From NCBI GenBank assembly GCA_052327205.1, contig JBMRGM010000040.1, forward strand, positions 44,516,001 to 44,580,000: a DNA stretch of 64,000 bases, in the 5' to 3' direction. The DNA is from Somniosus microcephalus. Lineage: Eukaryota. A program made the translations under genes and the position numbers. The notes beneath the pieces were generated by a model, which worked only from the letters and a program-made list of their open reading frames with translations, did no database searches and was not told where the DNA came from. Shown piece by piece: positions 37,896 to 50,494 of the stretch. The first letter of the stretch is position 1. Each line of letters begins with the position of its first letter.

Positions 37896-38075
37896 CCTTT
37901 GTTCCTTCCGCCCCTCTCGCCTTTTGCTGCCTCTGCACCTGGTAAAATCTGTAGCAACGATAACAATTTCCTGTTCTGAAGAAAGGTCACAGACTTGAAA
38001 CGTTAAACCTGTTTCTCTGTCTCTCCACAGATGCTGCCCTGCCTGCTGAGTATTTCCAGCATTATCTCTTTTTAT
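37870..38075 (+). mobile_element. Penelope-like terminal repeat, forward copy
   Basis: Contains a minimal hammerhead motif followed by ctctccacagatgctgcc...ctgctgagtatttccagcatt. Inverted relative to 36205-36345. Confidence 0.55.
37971..38011 (+). ncRNA. Minimal type I hammerhead ribozyme-like motif
   Basis: gtt-CUGAAGA-a-AGGUC-aca-GACUU-GAAAC-GUUA-aac. Conserved core boxes, 5-bp stem II, palindromic AACGUU stem III and a short stem I. Confidence 0.6.
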
Positions 38076-39047
38076 ATTATGTAAAATAAAATTGTTTGTG
38101 TTTTTCCCCATTTTTGGTTCTCTTCCTAACCGTCTTAATGATATTTTTATAAAATCAATAAAAAGTAATAATTAACTCCGCCAAATCCTCCCCTGCACTC
38201 CCCGACTTCAACTGCATGGTTGCATGTTTGTGTGAAGCTACTCACTTCAGTCGATCTTTCAAAATCAAATATCGAGAAATTCAATTTTAAAATGTTTCAA
38301 GCAATTCAGAGCCCCCTTAAAAGCGTTCGGACTTCAAGACCCGCTTCAAGCTTGTTTAGATGACGGGAACGTTGATGTTTCTTTACTTCTTCCAAAATCT
38401 TACCAGAAACATAAGGGGGAAAAATTGTTTTTAACGTTCATTTTTGGTGAAAATTTCATTAAAAATCTTTAAATTCTTTCTTGTTTCATTGCAGCTTTGA
38501 CAGAAGAAGTTGCTCCGAGTTTCTCTTTCTCACTTCAATGCTGTCGTTAAACATGCAACAATAAACTAAAATAAACTCAAACTCCAAACGGGGCTCCAAT
38601 AAGAACGTGAATAAATTGGTTCAGCTTTCTAAAGCGTTTTTTCTCCCCAGCCTTGGCGATGATTTGGGATCAGTCCTGGAGAAGTTGTTTTGTTTATTTC
38701 TGCTGCCATTCCCTCCATCTCTCACAGACTCGGAGGTACAAATGGGAGCAGAAACCTTTCCCCCTCTCCCCATAACATGGTGTAAATAACCCTAATAAAC
38801 GCTTTCAAAAAGGGGACAACATCTGACAAAAATTAACTGCCAATTACCATGGGACATTCAACTTCACTTTCCCGCTTTTTTTGAGGATTTAAACAATTTT
38901 CCGAATTTTTGAAAAAACTCATCGAGTACCTAAAACTTGTTTGCTTTCACCTCCTTCCTGCGGCCCTTGTACATGGGCTCCATCTGTGTTGTTATGAGAC
39001 TCAGCTCAGTCCCTGGGAATGAATAACATGCACCTGGACACTCACAC

Positions 39048-39865
39048 CTATCTCTCTCGCTGTGTACCCCTCTTCCTGTCCCTCCCTCTGTCTCTCTCTC
39101 TCTGTCTCTCTCTGCCTATGCATCTCCATCTGACCCAGTCTCTCTCTCTCTCCCTCTGTCCTGCGACTTGCTCTCCCTCCCTCTGTCCCTATCTCTCGCT
39201 CTAGCTCCCTCTCACTCTCCCTCTGTCCCTGTCTCTCTCTCTCTACCTCTCTCGCTGTCTGCCTCTCTCTCTCCCTCTCTCCCGGTCTCTCTTTCAATTT
39301 GTCACCCTCTGACCCTGTCTCTCACCCTCTAACCCTCTGACTCTGTCTCTGTCCCTGTCTCTCTATGCTTCTCCCTCTGACTCTGTCCCTCACTCTATCC
39401 CCCTCCGTCCCTGTTTCTCTCTCTACCTCTGTCCCTGTGCTGCGTAACTCTATGACTCTGTGACTATGTTACTTCCTTTCTCCCTGTCTCTCTCTCTACC
39501 ACCCTCTGTCCCTTTCTCTCTCTTTATCTGCAACTGTCCCTGTCTCTCTCTAACTCCCTCTGTCTCTGTCTCTGTCTCTCTGACACTCTATTCCTGTCTC
39601 TCATTTTCTCTCCCTCTGCCCCTGTCTCTCGCTCTCTCTCCCTCTCACCCAGCCTCCCTCTCTCTCTCCCTCTGTCCCTGTCTCTCTCTCTCACCCTCTC
39701 ACCCGGCCTTCCTCTCTCTCTCCCTCTGTCCCTGTCTCTCGCACTCTCACCCTCTGACCGTCTGTATGTTTGTCTGTCTGTCGCTCTCTCTCTCGCCGAC
39801 CCTCAGTCATTTTCTCTCCCTCTCCCCATTCTCTCTCTTTCTCCCTAGTATCTCTCTTCTCTCAT
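39048..39865. repeat. Degenerate CT-rich microsatellite / polypyrimidine tract
   Basis: (CT)n and CTCTGTCC motifs. Confidence 0.92.
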
Positions 39866-39904
39866 TTTAAGTGTATCAGCCTATAATGAATGTGCTGCGT
39901 GACG

Positions 39905-41910
39905 CTGGGGCTTGGCCCCAGTCAATGTTTGCCCTCCAGTAGCTTGCCGAGTGGTAAATCTGAGCTGTGAGCCTATACTGAAGGTGTGGTGTGATGATGG
40001 GGTTCGGCCGCAGTCACTGTTTGCCCTCCAGTAACTTGCCAAGTGGTAATTCTGAGCTGTGAGCCTATACTGAAGGTGCTGTGTGATGGTGGGGTTCGGC
40101 TATAGTCACTGTCTGCCCTCCAGTATCTTGCCAAGTGGTAAATATCACCTGTGAGCCTATACTGAAGGTGCTGTGTTATGGTGGGGTTTGGCCCCAGTCA
40201 CTGTTTGCCCTCCAGTACCAAGCCAAATGGTAATTCTGATCTGTGAGGCTGCACTGAATGTGCTGTGTGATGGTGGGGTTCGGCCCCAGCCACTGTATGC
40301 CCTTGAGTATCTTGCCAAGTGGTAATTCTGAGCTGTGAGCCAGTACTGAAGGTGCTGTGTGATGATGGGGTTTGGCCCCAGTCACTTTTGGCCCTTTAGT
40401 ACCTAGCCAAGTGGTAATTCTGACCTGTGAGCCTATACTGAAGATGGTGTGTGATGGTGGGGTTTGGCCGCATGCATTTTTTGCCATCCAGTATCTTGCC
40501 GAGTGGTAAATCTGATCTGTGAGCATATACTGAACGTGCTGTGTGATGGTGGGGTTCGGCAGCAGTCACTGTTTGCCCTCCAGTACCTAGCCAGGTGGTA
40601 ATTCTGAGCTGTGAGCCTGTACTGAAGGTTCTGTGTGATGGTGGGGTTTGGCCCCAGTCACTCTCTGCCCTCCAGTACTTAGCCAATTCGTAATTCTGAG
40701 CTGTGAGCCTATGCTGAAGGTGCTGTGTGATGGTGGGGTTCGGCCCCAGTCACTGTCTGCCCTCCAGTACCTAGCCAAGTGGTAATTCTGAGCTGTAAGC
40801 CTAAACTGAAGATGCTATGTGATGGTGGGGTTTGGCCCCAGTCACTGTCTGCCCTCCAGTTCCTTGCCAAGTGGAATGTCTGAGCTGCGAGCCTATACTG
40901 AAGGTGCTGTGTGATGATGGGGCTCAGCCCCAGTCACTGTCGGCCCTCCAGTACCTAGCCAAGTGGTAATTCTGAGCTGTGAGCCTGCACTGAAGGTGAA
41001 GTGTGATGGTGGGGTTCGGCCCCAGTCACTGTCTGCCCTCCAGTATCTTGCCAATTAGTAATTATAACCTATGAGCCTATACTGAAGGTGCTGTGTGATG
41101 GTGGGGTTTGGCCCCAGTCACTGTTTGCGCTCCAGTATCTTGCCGAGTGGTAATTCTGTCCTGTGAGCCTATTCTGAAGGTGCTGTGTGATGGTGGGGCT
41201 CGACCGCAGTAACTGTATGCCCTTGGGTATCTTGCCAAGTGGTAATTATGGCCTGTGAGCCTATACTGAAGGTGCTGTGTTATGGTGGGGTTTGGCCCCA
41301 GTCACTGTTTGCCCTCCAGTGCCTAGCCAATTCGTAATTCTGAGCTGTGAGCCTGCACTGAAGGTGCTGTGTGATGGTGAGGTTCGGCCCCAGTCACTTT
41401 ACGCCCTTGAGTATCTTGCCAAGTAGTAATCCTGAGCTGTGAGCCTATACTGAAGGTGCTGTGTGATGCTGGGGCTCGGCCGCAGTGACTGCCTGCCCTA
41501 CAGTATCTAGTCAATTGGCAATTCTGAGCTGTGAGCCTGCACTGAAGGTGCTGTGTTGTGGTGGGGTTCGGCCCCAGTCACTATCTACCCTCCAGTACCT
41601 AGCCAACTGGTAATTCTGAGCTGTGAGCCTATACTGAAGGTGCTGTGTGATGGTGGGTTTCGGCCCCAGTCACTGTTTGCCCTTTAGTACCTAGCCAAGT
41701 GGTAATTCTGAGCTGTGAGCCTATACGGAAGGTGCTGTGTGATGGTGGGGTTCGGCCCCAGTCACTGTCTGCCCTCCAGTACCTAGCCAAGTGGTAATTC
41801 TGAGCTGTGAGCCTATACGGAAGCTGCTGCGTGATGATAGGTTTCGGCCCCAGTCTCGATTGACCCTTCAGTACCTAGCCAAGTGGTAAATCTGAGGTGT
41901 GATCCTATAT
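39905..41910. repeat. 92-bp minisatellite, about 22 copies
   Basis: gagcctatactgaaggtg recurs at 39969, 40061 and onward at 92-bp spacing. Confidence 0.95.
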
Positions 41911-42003
41911 AGCGAGCTGCCAGCATTTAGACCATGGGGAGCAGCACAGCCACCGTCCCTGTCTGAATCTATCAGGCAAAGCTGAGCCGATCGTAGTACA
42001 GCA

Positions 42004-42225
42004 GCAACAACTTGAATTTAGATATATCCTTTAATGTAGTAAAATGTCACAAAGCGCTACACCGGAGCGTAATCAGTCAAAAATTGACACCCAGCCAAAG
42101 ATGGAGACATTGGAACCAAGCTTGGGCAAAGGCTTTAGTGCCTTGGCAAATGAAGACATGTCCGCCAAAGGTGGATCGAAGGGAGTGGGAGTTGCAGAAG
42201 CGGCTATAATTTGGAGATGGCAGAG
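42004..42225 (-). mobile_element. L2-type 3' end fragment
   Basis: Reverse complement resembles the L2 3' end at 29440-29534 (caacaacttg...aaagcgct...gagcgtaatcag.caaaattgacac). Confidence 0.6.
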
Positions 42226-42227
42226 TT

Positions 42228-42562
42228 CATAGAATTCTAGAATGAAAAAGGACAGTTGGCGTTCATTCGACCCATGTTGCCTCTGCCGGCTGTTGCAAAG
42301 AAATTTTCAATTTAGCTTCAATCCTCTGCCCTTTCTCCACAGGCTTAGTGTGGCAATTTTTTTCCATATTTACCCAATTCCCTTTTGCAAGCTGCTATTG
42401 AATCTGCTTCCACTGCCCATTCAGGCAGTGCATTCCAGGTCATGACAACTTGCTGCATAAGCGTTTGCACCTCATGTGGCATCTGGATCTTTCACCAATT
42501 ACCTTATATTTGTGACCGCTGGTTACTGACCCGCCTGACACTGGGAACAGTTTTTCCTTATT
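42228..42562 (-). mobile_element. CR1 3' fragment
   Basis: catagaat tail and the ttgaatctgcttccactgccc.ttcaggcagtgcattccag signature. Confidence 0.75.
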
Positions 42563-43132
42563 AAGAGGGTTGTAGGGCTGAATCCACCAGCCGTCTCTCC
42601 CAGTACAGAATGAGACTGACTAGTAACAGTGACGATGTTACTGTAACTCCTAAAGGTGCAGAAATTTGAGACATTGTCCCTCTAAATATCACAAAAAGAA
42701 GCATAATGAAGATAAATCAATCTGCACCTTCAACTAACAGCGACATCGAAAGAGGGAAATGAATGCCCTTAAACACGTCTTCCACTTGGCACCGAAGTGA
42801 CTGAAACTTATAAAAGGAACTCCAGGAAAACCAATACTGACAAATGTTAAACGATGTTCTTGACAAACGGCATCTGATTGGCCGACTTAATCATATCGAT
42901 TGTTTGCAGACCACGCTTCTCACTAGGCCCTCCAGCCTCTGAGCTCTCTTCCTGTTGGTCCCCAGGGCAATCGATCACAAGTCGCCAGCATTACGCTGCC
43001 AGATGAGGTTCAGTGGTTCAGAGGAAGAAAAGGAATAAGGCCTTGAATCTGATTTGGAAATACAATTAGAGAACATTCAATTTATAATCTAAATTATTTC
43101 AGATCAATTATTGCAATTCTTATATGCCTTTC

Positions 43133-43460
43133 GTGCCAAGTGGGAAAAAAAGTGATGTCTGGGCTGTGCCAGGAGTGTTTGCACCCGGCACCTGCACTTT
43201 TATTTGCGTCCAGTGGTAGGTCAGGAGGCGCGAGGGAATTTTTCGGCCAGGGCGTGAATGGGGCGTTGTGCATGGCAATGACGTCATTGTCATAGGTGCA
43301 GCAGAGTTGGGGGCTGCCGGCTAAAGACGTCGATAACCTCCCGCTGTATTTTGCTGGTGGCGTTAGCAGCACTGCACCCAGGCGCTAGGAGCTTTGCGAC
43401 CCGCTTCACAAACGGGAGGCTCAAATCAACCAAAGTTTTCCCCCATCGTCCACTTGGCAC
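43133..43460. mobile_element. GC-rich MITE-like relic
   Basis: Abrupt CpG-rich island bounded by inverted GTGCCAAGTGG/CCACTTGGCAC, with a central palindrome caatgacgtcattg. Confidence 0.4.
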
Positions 43461-43665
43461 TGAAGTGACTGAAACTCATAAGAGGAACTCCAGGAAAACA
43501 CAATACTGTTCAATGTTAATCTGATTTCTTGCCAAAAGAAATCTCGATTTAACTTTTAGCTTTTGTGCTTCGTCTTTATTAGACTGCAAGTAACGATGAT
43601 AACCCAGCTCAGAAATTGCAGAACGTCAATTCTACACATGAGGCAAGGACTCAGTTGCTTCTGTT

Positions 43666-46090
43666 ATCACAGAATCAAAAAGAATAGAGCACAGATTGAG
43701 GCCAATCCTTCTATCGAGCTTGTGCCAGTTCTTTGAAAGTGCTATTCGATTAGTCCCACTCCCCTGTTCTTTTCCCGTAGCCCTTCAAATCCCTGACTTC
43801 CAGTATTGGCCCCGTTCTCTTTTTGAAAGTTATTATTGAATCTCCTTCGATTACTTTTTCAGGCAGTGAATTCCAGATCGTAACAAGTCGCTATGTGAAA
43901 CATTTTCTCCTGATCTTCCCTCCGGTTCTTTTGCCAATGAGCTTAAGTGTGTTTTTTTCAGTTAACCAACACATCCGCCACTGGAAACAGTTTTTCATTA
44001 TTTACTCTATACATACACATGAACACATCCATTTAATCTCCCCTTAACCTTCTCTTCTCGAAGGGGGAAAATCTCAGCTTCTCCAGTCTCTCCATATAAC
44101 TGAAACATCTCATCTCTGGACCCATTCTAGTGAATCTCCTCTGTGCCTTCTCCAAGGCTTTGACCTCCTTCATAAAGTGTGGTGCCCAGAATTGGAGACA
44201 ATACTCCAGCTCAGATCCAACATTTTGTAAATGTTTTGCATAACTTCCTTGCTTTTGTACTCTATACCACGATTTATGAAGTCAAACATCCTGTATGAGT
44301 TTTTAACAGTCTTACCAATTTGTTCTGCCACCTGCAAAGATTTGTGCACACAAACTCCAAGGTCTCTCTGTACGTGCACTCCATTTAAAATTATACCATT
44401 TACTTTATTCTGCCTCTCCTCATTTTTCCTTCCAAAATGTATCAATGCACAATTCTCTGTGTTAAATGTTATCTGTCATGTGTCAGCTGTGGCTCAGTTG
44501 CGAGCACACTCACCTCTCAGTCAGAAGGTTCATGCATAGGGCACATAAATCTAGGCTTACACTACAGTGCAGTGCTGAAGGAGACGCTGTGTTTTGGATG
44601 AGACGTTAAACTGATGCCCCGTTCGCTCTCTCAGGTGGACGTAAACGATCCCATGGAAGTATTCGAAGAAGAGCAGTGGAATTATCCCCGGTGTCTTGGA
44701 CAATAATTATTTTTCAATCAACATAACAAACAAAGCAGATAACCTGGTCATTATCACATTACTGTTTGTGGGACCTTGCTGTGTGCAAATTGGCGGCCAG
44801 ATTTCCCATAATACACCAGTGAATATACTCCAAGCATAAAACGCTTTGAGACATTCAGTGGTCGTGAAAGGCGCTATATAAATGCAAGTATTTCTTTCTT
44901 TATTTTATTTTCTGCCCATTTCATCAGTCTGTCTATGTGCTCCTGAATTCTGCTACTCTCCTCACTGTTCACTGCATTTCTGAGGTCCGTTTCATCTCCA
45001 CACTTTGAAATTATGTCTTTATCCTTAATTACAGGCCATTAATGTTTATCAAAAAGACCACTGGCCCTAATATCGACCACTGGGGGGACACCCCTTATAC
45101 TTCCCTTCTGTCTGAAAAACACCCGTTCACCACTACTCTCTCTTTTTGCCCCTCAGCCAATGCCATATTCATGCAGTCACTCCCACTTTAATCCCATGGG
45201 TAACAATTTCCATATCAAGTCTATCAAATGGCACTTTATCAAACGGCTTTTGAAAGTCATATGCACAACATCATCAAATCTCTCCACTACTTCTGCTGAA
45301 ACTCAATCAACACATTTAGGCTTTAAAACAATCTGTGCTATTTGTCAGTCATGAATCCATGTTTTTCCAAATGACAGGGAGCGGGCAGGAAATTGGACAT
45401 GAGCCTATGTTCCGAATGGTCATGGCCCTGTGGGTAGTGGAGCGGGCCCTGTGGGTAGTGGAGCGCGCCCAGGGGCTGCATAGCCTGGTTCTGCTCCTAC
45501 TTCTTGTGTTCTAATTCTGTGTTAGATTTCAGGAGTGGTTTTATTCCTGTTCCTGGCTGGGGTGGAGATTGCCTTTACAGAAGGTAATTAATGTAGAAAA
45601 TATAGGGACAGAGTGACCTCCTGTACGTGTTTCGATCGCCTAGATGGGTCGGAGAGGAATTTCCCAGATTTTTCCCCCCAAATTGGCCTGGGCTTTTAAT
45701 CTGGTTTTTCGCCTCTCCCGGGAGATCACATGGGTTCGGGTGGGATGGAGAGTGATAGAAGATTTGAGTTTAGGATCGGATGAGCCATGATCTTATTGAA
45801 TGGTGGAGCAGGCTCGAGGGGCAGATTGGCCTACTCCTGCTCCTATTTCTTAAGTTCTTATGTTCTAACATTGTCCCAGAATATGACCTCTAGTTATTTC
45901 CCCTCCACCGACGTTAGTCTTGTAGTTACAGGGTTTATCCATCTCCCTTTTATTAAACAGGCTGTAACATTTGAAACCCTCCAATCCTCTGGCACCACTC
46001 CCATCTCCAAGGAGGATTGAAATATTTTGGCCAGAGTCTGCGCTAACTCCACCATTCCTTCCATCAACAACCCTCATACATCCCATCCGT
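43666..46090 (-). mobile_element. Decayed CR1 with nested SINE and plus-strand CR1 3'-tail insertions (about 45373-45868)
   Basis: IHFGRKNEER...QRDLGVCVHKSLQV relic ORF. Tails gttcttatgttcta at about 45855. Confidence 0.75.
44485..44911 (+). mobile_element. Deu-domain SINE (SacSINE1/AmnSINE-like) with L2-type tail
   Basis: tRNA-like head gctgtggctcagttg, Deu-like core ggatgagacgttaaac...gatcccatgg...cgaagaagagcag, and 3' end aaggcgctatataaatgcaag. Confidence 0.8.
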
Positions 46091-46141
46091 ACCCTGGAAA
46101 TTTCCTACTTTACTGTGGTTCAAAAAGTGCAGGTTGGAAAG

Positions 46142-46295
46142 GGGTTAACTGAAGCTGTTTGTTCAGTGACTGTAATTAATGTCAGTCTCCACGGGTTAAC
46201 TAAATCAGTTTGTTCAGTGACTGTAATTCATGTCAGTCTCCACGGATTAACTGAAGCTGTTTGTTCAGTGACTCTAATTAATGTCAGTTTCCATG
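46142..46295. repeat. 51-bp tandem repeat, 3 copies
   Basis: Units start at 46142, 46193 and 46244. Confidence 0.9.
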
Positions 46296-46439
46296 GAACC
46301 TAATTGTATAAGTGCAGGGTTTGCCTCTTCTATTAATAAGGGACTCCTTTCAATTTGTTATCCCACAGTGTCAGTGAGAGCATCACCTCCAGCACTAACA
46401 GGGATCAACGCGTTGCTCCACAGGCAGGGAGTCAGAATT

Positions 46440-46555
46440 CGAGAAGAGTAGATTGGAATGTTATTACAATGGATTGGAATAGGAGAACAGGAGAATGGAA
46501 TGTTACAACAATGGATCGGAATATGAGAACAGTAGATTGGAATGTTACAACATTG
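46440..46555. repeat. About 42-bp tandem repeat, ~3 copies
   Basis: gattggaatgtta..acaa.ggat.ggaata..agaac is repeated. Confidence 0.8.
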
Positions 46556-46854
46556 GGGAGGAGTTTCATCTGGGCTTTTGACTATCTTTCTGAAAATTAT
46601 AATTATCTATCATTAAAAGGGCCTATCTATTATGCACTTGTGATTATTCAACACTTTTACTATCCCATACTCGCTGGTGTTGGTGTCCCTGGTAAGTCTC
46701 TCTATCCAGCTATTAATTCTATAAATCATGTCGAAGTGCATTAATGTTCTTGTCATTTACTATCCCCTCCTTCTTGCTGTTGTTGTTGCTGGTAAGTCAC
46801 TGTATCCAACTATTAACTCTGCAAATCTTTGCTTCCTGTAATACTGTTCCTGTA

Positions 46855-49800
46855 GTGCTATTGGATACAGAAATAGGAAGATAGAGCAGATGAATGCGTG
46901 GCTGGAGAGATGGTGTAGGAGGGAGGGCTTTAGATTCCTGAGGAATTGGTACCGTTTCTGGTGGAGATGGGACCTCTACAAGCCACACAGGCAGCACCTC
47001 AACGAGAATGGGCCAGCATCCTCGCGGGAGGGTTTGCTCATGCTGTTGCTGTTGGGGAGGGTAAAAAGTAGCTTTGAAGGGGGATGGGAACCTAAATATA
47101 GAGTCAATAGGGAGGGAAGAAAAACAGGAATTGGAAAACAAAAACATAGAATGTAAATTGGAAGGACAGGAATAAAAGGCTACATGGCAGTCAACAAGGA
47201 GGTTTGCCTTTACTAAATGGTATGTACTTCAATGCAAGGAGTATAGCGAACAAAGCAAATGAGCTGAGGGCACAGGTAAATACTTGGGACTATGATATTA
47301 TAGCTATTACAGAGACGTGATTGAAAGAGGGGCAGGCATGGAAGCTCAACATTCCTGGTTACAGGATTTTCAGACGGGTTAGAGAAGGAGGTAAAACGGG
47401 AGGGTATCGCGATTTTTATTAAAGAAACTATTACAGCTGTGAGAAGGGATGATACAGTAGAGGGATCATCAAACGAGGCCATATGGGCCGAATGTAAAAT
47501 CAAAAAAGGGGCGATCACACTGCGAGCAATGTACTACAGACCCACAAAGAGTGAGAGGGAGCTAGATGAGCAAATATATGGACACATTCCTGAGACGTGC
47601 AAAACGGTAGGGCAGTAATAGTAGGGAAATTCAATTTCCCCAAAATTAACAGGGATAAAATTAGTGTGAGGGGTGTAGAAGGTGCAGAATTCATAAAATG
47701 CATCCAAGAGGACTTTCTTAGCCAGTATGTAGCAAGCCCAACAAGGGAGGGGGCGGTTCTGGACTTAGTTTTAGGGTATGAAGCTGGGCAGGTGGAAGGC
47801 GTATCAATGGGGGAGCATTTTGATGCTAGTGACCGTAATTCTGTTACATTTAAGGTAGTTATGGAAAAGGACAAGGACAGACCAGGAATAAAACATCTAA
47901 ATTGGAGAAAAGCAAATGCTGCTAAGGTCAGAGGTGATATAAACATAGTGAAGTGGAAAAAGCTACTTTAAAGTAAATAAGTGTCAGAGAGTGGGAGGCA
48001 TTCAAGGAAGGGATCTGGAGAATTCAGGCCAAATATGTGCCCTTAAAGAAAAAAGGTGGGACTAACAAATCTTGAGCCCCCTGGATGTCTAGAGGGGAGG
48101 ATAAAGAAAAAAAGGGAGGCGTTTGTCAGATACCGAGAGCTAAATACTCCAAAATCTTTAGTGGAGTACAGAAAGTGCAGGGGTGCAATTAAAAAGGATA
48201 TTAGGAAAGGAAAGAGAGAGCATGAAAAATTCTTGGATAATAAAATCAAGGAAAACCCATAGATGTTTTATAGATATATTAAGAGTAAGAGGATAACTAA
48301 TGAAAGGTTAGGCCCTATTAGAGATCATGAGGGTAATCTCTGTGTGGAGGTGGGAGACGTCGGTAGGGTTATTAATGAATAATTTGTGCCTGTTTTCACA
48401 ATGGAGAGGGGCTATGCAGACATTGCTATCGCGGGGAGGTGTATGAAATATTAGTTGAAATAAACATAGTTAGAGAGGAAGTATTAAGGACTTTAGCAGT
48501 TTTAAAAGTGGATAAATCCCCAGCAGCGGATGAAATGTATCCCAGGCTGTTAAGCGAAGCAAAAGAGGAAATAACAGAGGCCCTGACCATAATTTTTCAA
48601 TCCTCTCTGGCTTCAGGTGTGGTGCCGGTGGACTGCTAATGTGTTACCCTTCCTTAAAAAAGGAGAATAGGAGAGACCGAGTAATTAGCAGCCAGTCAGC
48701 CTAACTCAATTCAGAAAGACTAGATCAATCTTCATTTAGAAAGACACGGATTAGCACGGTTTTGTTAAGGGAAAATTGTGTCTGAAAAATTGGTTGAATT
48801 TTTTGAGGAGGTAACAAGGAGGCTAGACGAGGCTAATGCATTTAATGCAGTGTATATGTACTTAAGCAAGGCTTTTGTTAAGGTTCCACATGGCAGACTG
48901 GTCATGAAGTTAAATGCCCATGGGATCCATTGCAAAGTATCAAGTTGGATTCAAAACTGGCTCGGAGACAGGAAGCAGAGGGTAATGGTTGATGGGTGCT
49001 TTTGCGGCTGGAAGGCTGTTTCCAGTGGGGTTCCGCAGGTCTCAGTATTAGGTCCCTTGCTTTTTGTGTTATATATCAACGATCTTGACTTGAATATAGG
49101 GGGTATGATTAAGAAATTTGAAGGTGATACTAAAATCGGCTGTGTGATTGATACTGAAGAAGGAATCTGTAGACTGCAGGAAGATATAAATTGGCCAGGT
49201 GGGCAGAACAGTGGCAAATGGAATTCAATCCAGAGAAGTGTGAGTGATTGGGTCGATTGGGCTTATACTCGCTGGGGTTTAGAAGAATGAGAGGGGACCT
49301 CATTGAAATTTATAAAATTCTAACAGGACTAGACAGACTAGATGCAGGAAGGATGTTCCCAATGGCGGGGGAGTCCAGAACCAAGGGTCAACGTCTAAGG
49401 ATAACGGGTAAGCCATTTAGGACATAGATGAGGAGGAATTTCTTCACCCAGAGAGTGGAGAACCTGTGGAATTCTCTGCCACACAAGGCAGTTGAGGACA
49501 ATTCATTAAATATATTCAAGAAGGAGTTCGATATATTTCTTAAGGCTAAAGGGATCAAGGGATATGGGGAGAAACTAGGGACAGGGTACTGAATTTGGCT
49601 GATCAGCCATGATCTCATTGAATGGCGGAGCAGACTCGGTGGGCCGAATGGCCTACTCCTGCTCCTATCTTCAATGCTTCTACGTTTCTATATAATACAT
49701 TTGGGGAGGGCTAACCAGCAAAGGGAATACACATTAAATGGTACGAGACTGAGAGGTGTAGCGGTACAAAGGGACCTTGGAGTGCATGTCCACTGATACC

Positions 49801-50415
49801 TGAAAATAGCAGGCCAAGTAGATAAGGTGGTTAAGAAGGCATTCGGATTGCTCACCTCTCATTAGCCATAGAATAGAATACAAGAGGAGGGGGTTTATGC
49901 TTCAACTGTGTAAAACACGAGTCAGGCACTAGAGAGGGTTCAGACGAGATTTACAAGGGTGTTGCCGGAAGTAGAGAGTCTTAGCTATGAGGAAAGACTG
50001 GATAGGCTGGGTCTGCTTTCCTTGGAACAGAGGAGGCCGAGGGGAGACCGTATTGGGGTGTATAAAATTATAAATTGGATAGACAGGACATATTTCCCTT
50101 TGCAGAGGGGTCAAAAACCAAGTGGCACAGATTTAATGTAATTGGGGGAACGTTTCTTACGGACTTGAGGGTAAATGTCTTCATCCAAAGGGTTGTGGGG
50201 GTCTGGAACTCACTGCCCAAAAGGCTGGTAGAGGCAGGAACCATAACCACATTTAAAAAGTACTTCGATGTGCACTTGGGATGCTCTAACCTGCAGGACT
50301 ACAGACTAAGAGCAGGGAAGTGGGATTAGGATGGATAGCTCTTTGTTGGCCGGCGCGGTCACTTTGTGCCGAAATGCTCTCCTCCCGTGCTGTAACCTTC
50401 GATGATTCTATGATC
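46855..50415 (+). mobile_element. Decayed CR1: ORF1 3' end (SGNH esterase-like) plus the whole ORF2 and 3' tail
   Basis: MNAWLERWCRREGFRFL...DLYK....HLN..G, MYFNARSI at the ORF2 start, and RT motifs with stops and frameshifts. Clearly related to the intact CR1 at 6242-8905. Confidence 0.92.
49246..49691 (+). mobile_element. Nested CR1 3' fragment (CTATGTTT-tail subfamily)
   Basis: Interrupts the host at EKCE|VIHLG. Similar to 5360-5822. Confidence 0.85.
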
Positions 50416-50494
50416 CTATATAATTTACTCTCTCCACTTTGCTGTTGTTGGTATGCCTGTTAAATCTCTGTATCCAGCAATTAGATCGGTAATC

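Noticed and set aside
38858-38876. Overlapping ISRE-like (GGAAAGTGAAGT, minus strand) and E2F-like (TTTCCCGC) motifs
   Set aside because: A single short motif with no linked gene or other support; plausible by chance.
39001-39870. Glu/Arg-rich and Leu/Ser-rich ORFs
   Set aside because: They are translations of the CT microsatellite.
42845-42990. Minus-strand open stretch DQQEESSEAGGPSEKRGLQ...
   Set aside because: It is short, has an in-frame upstream stop, lacks a convincing splice acceptor, and shows no recognisable homology.
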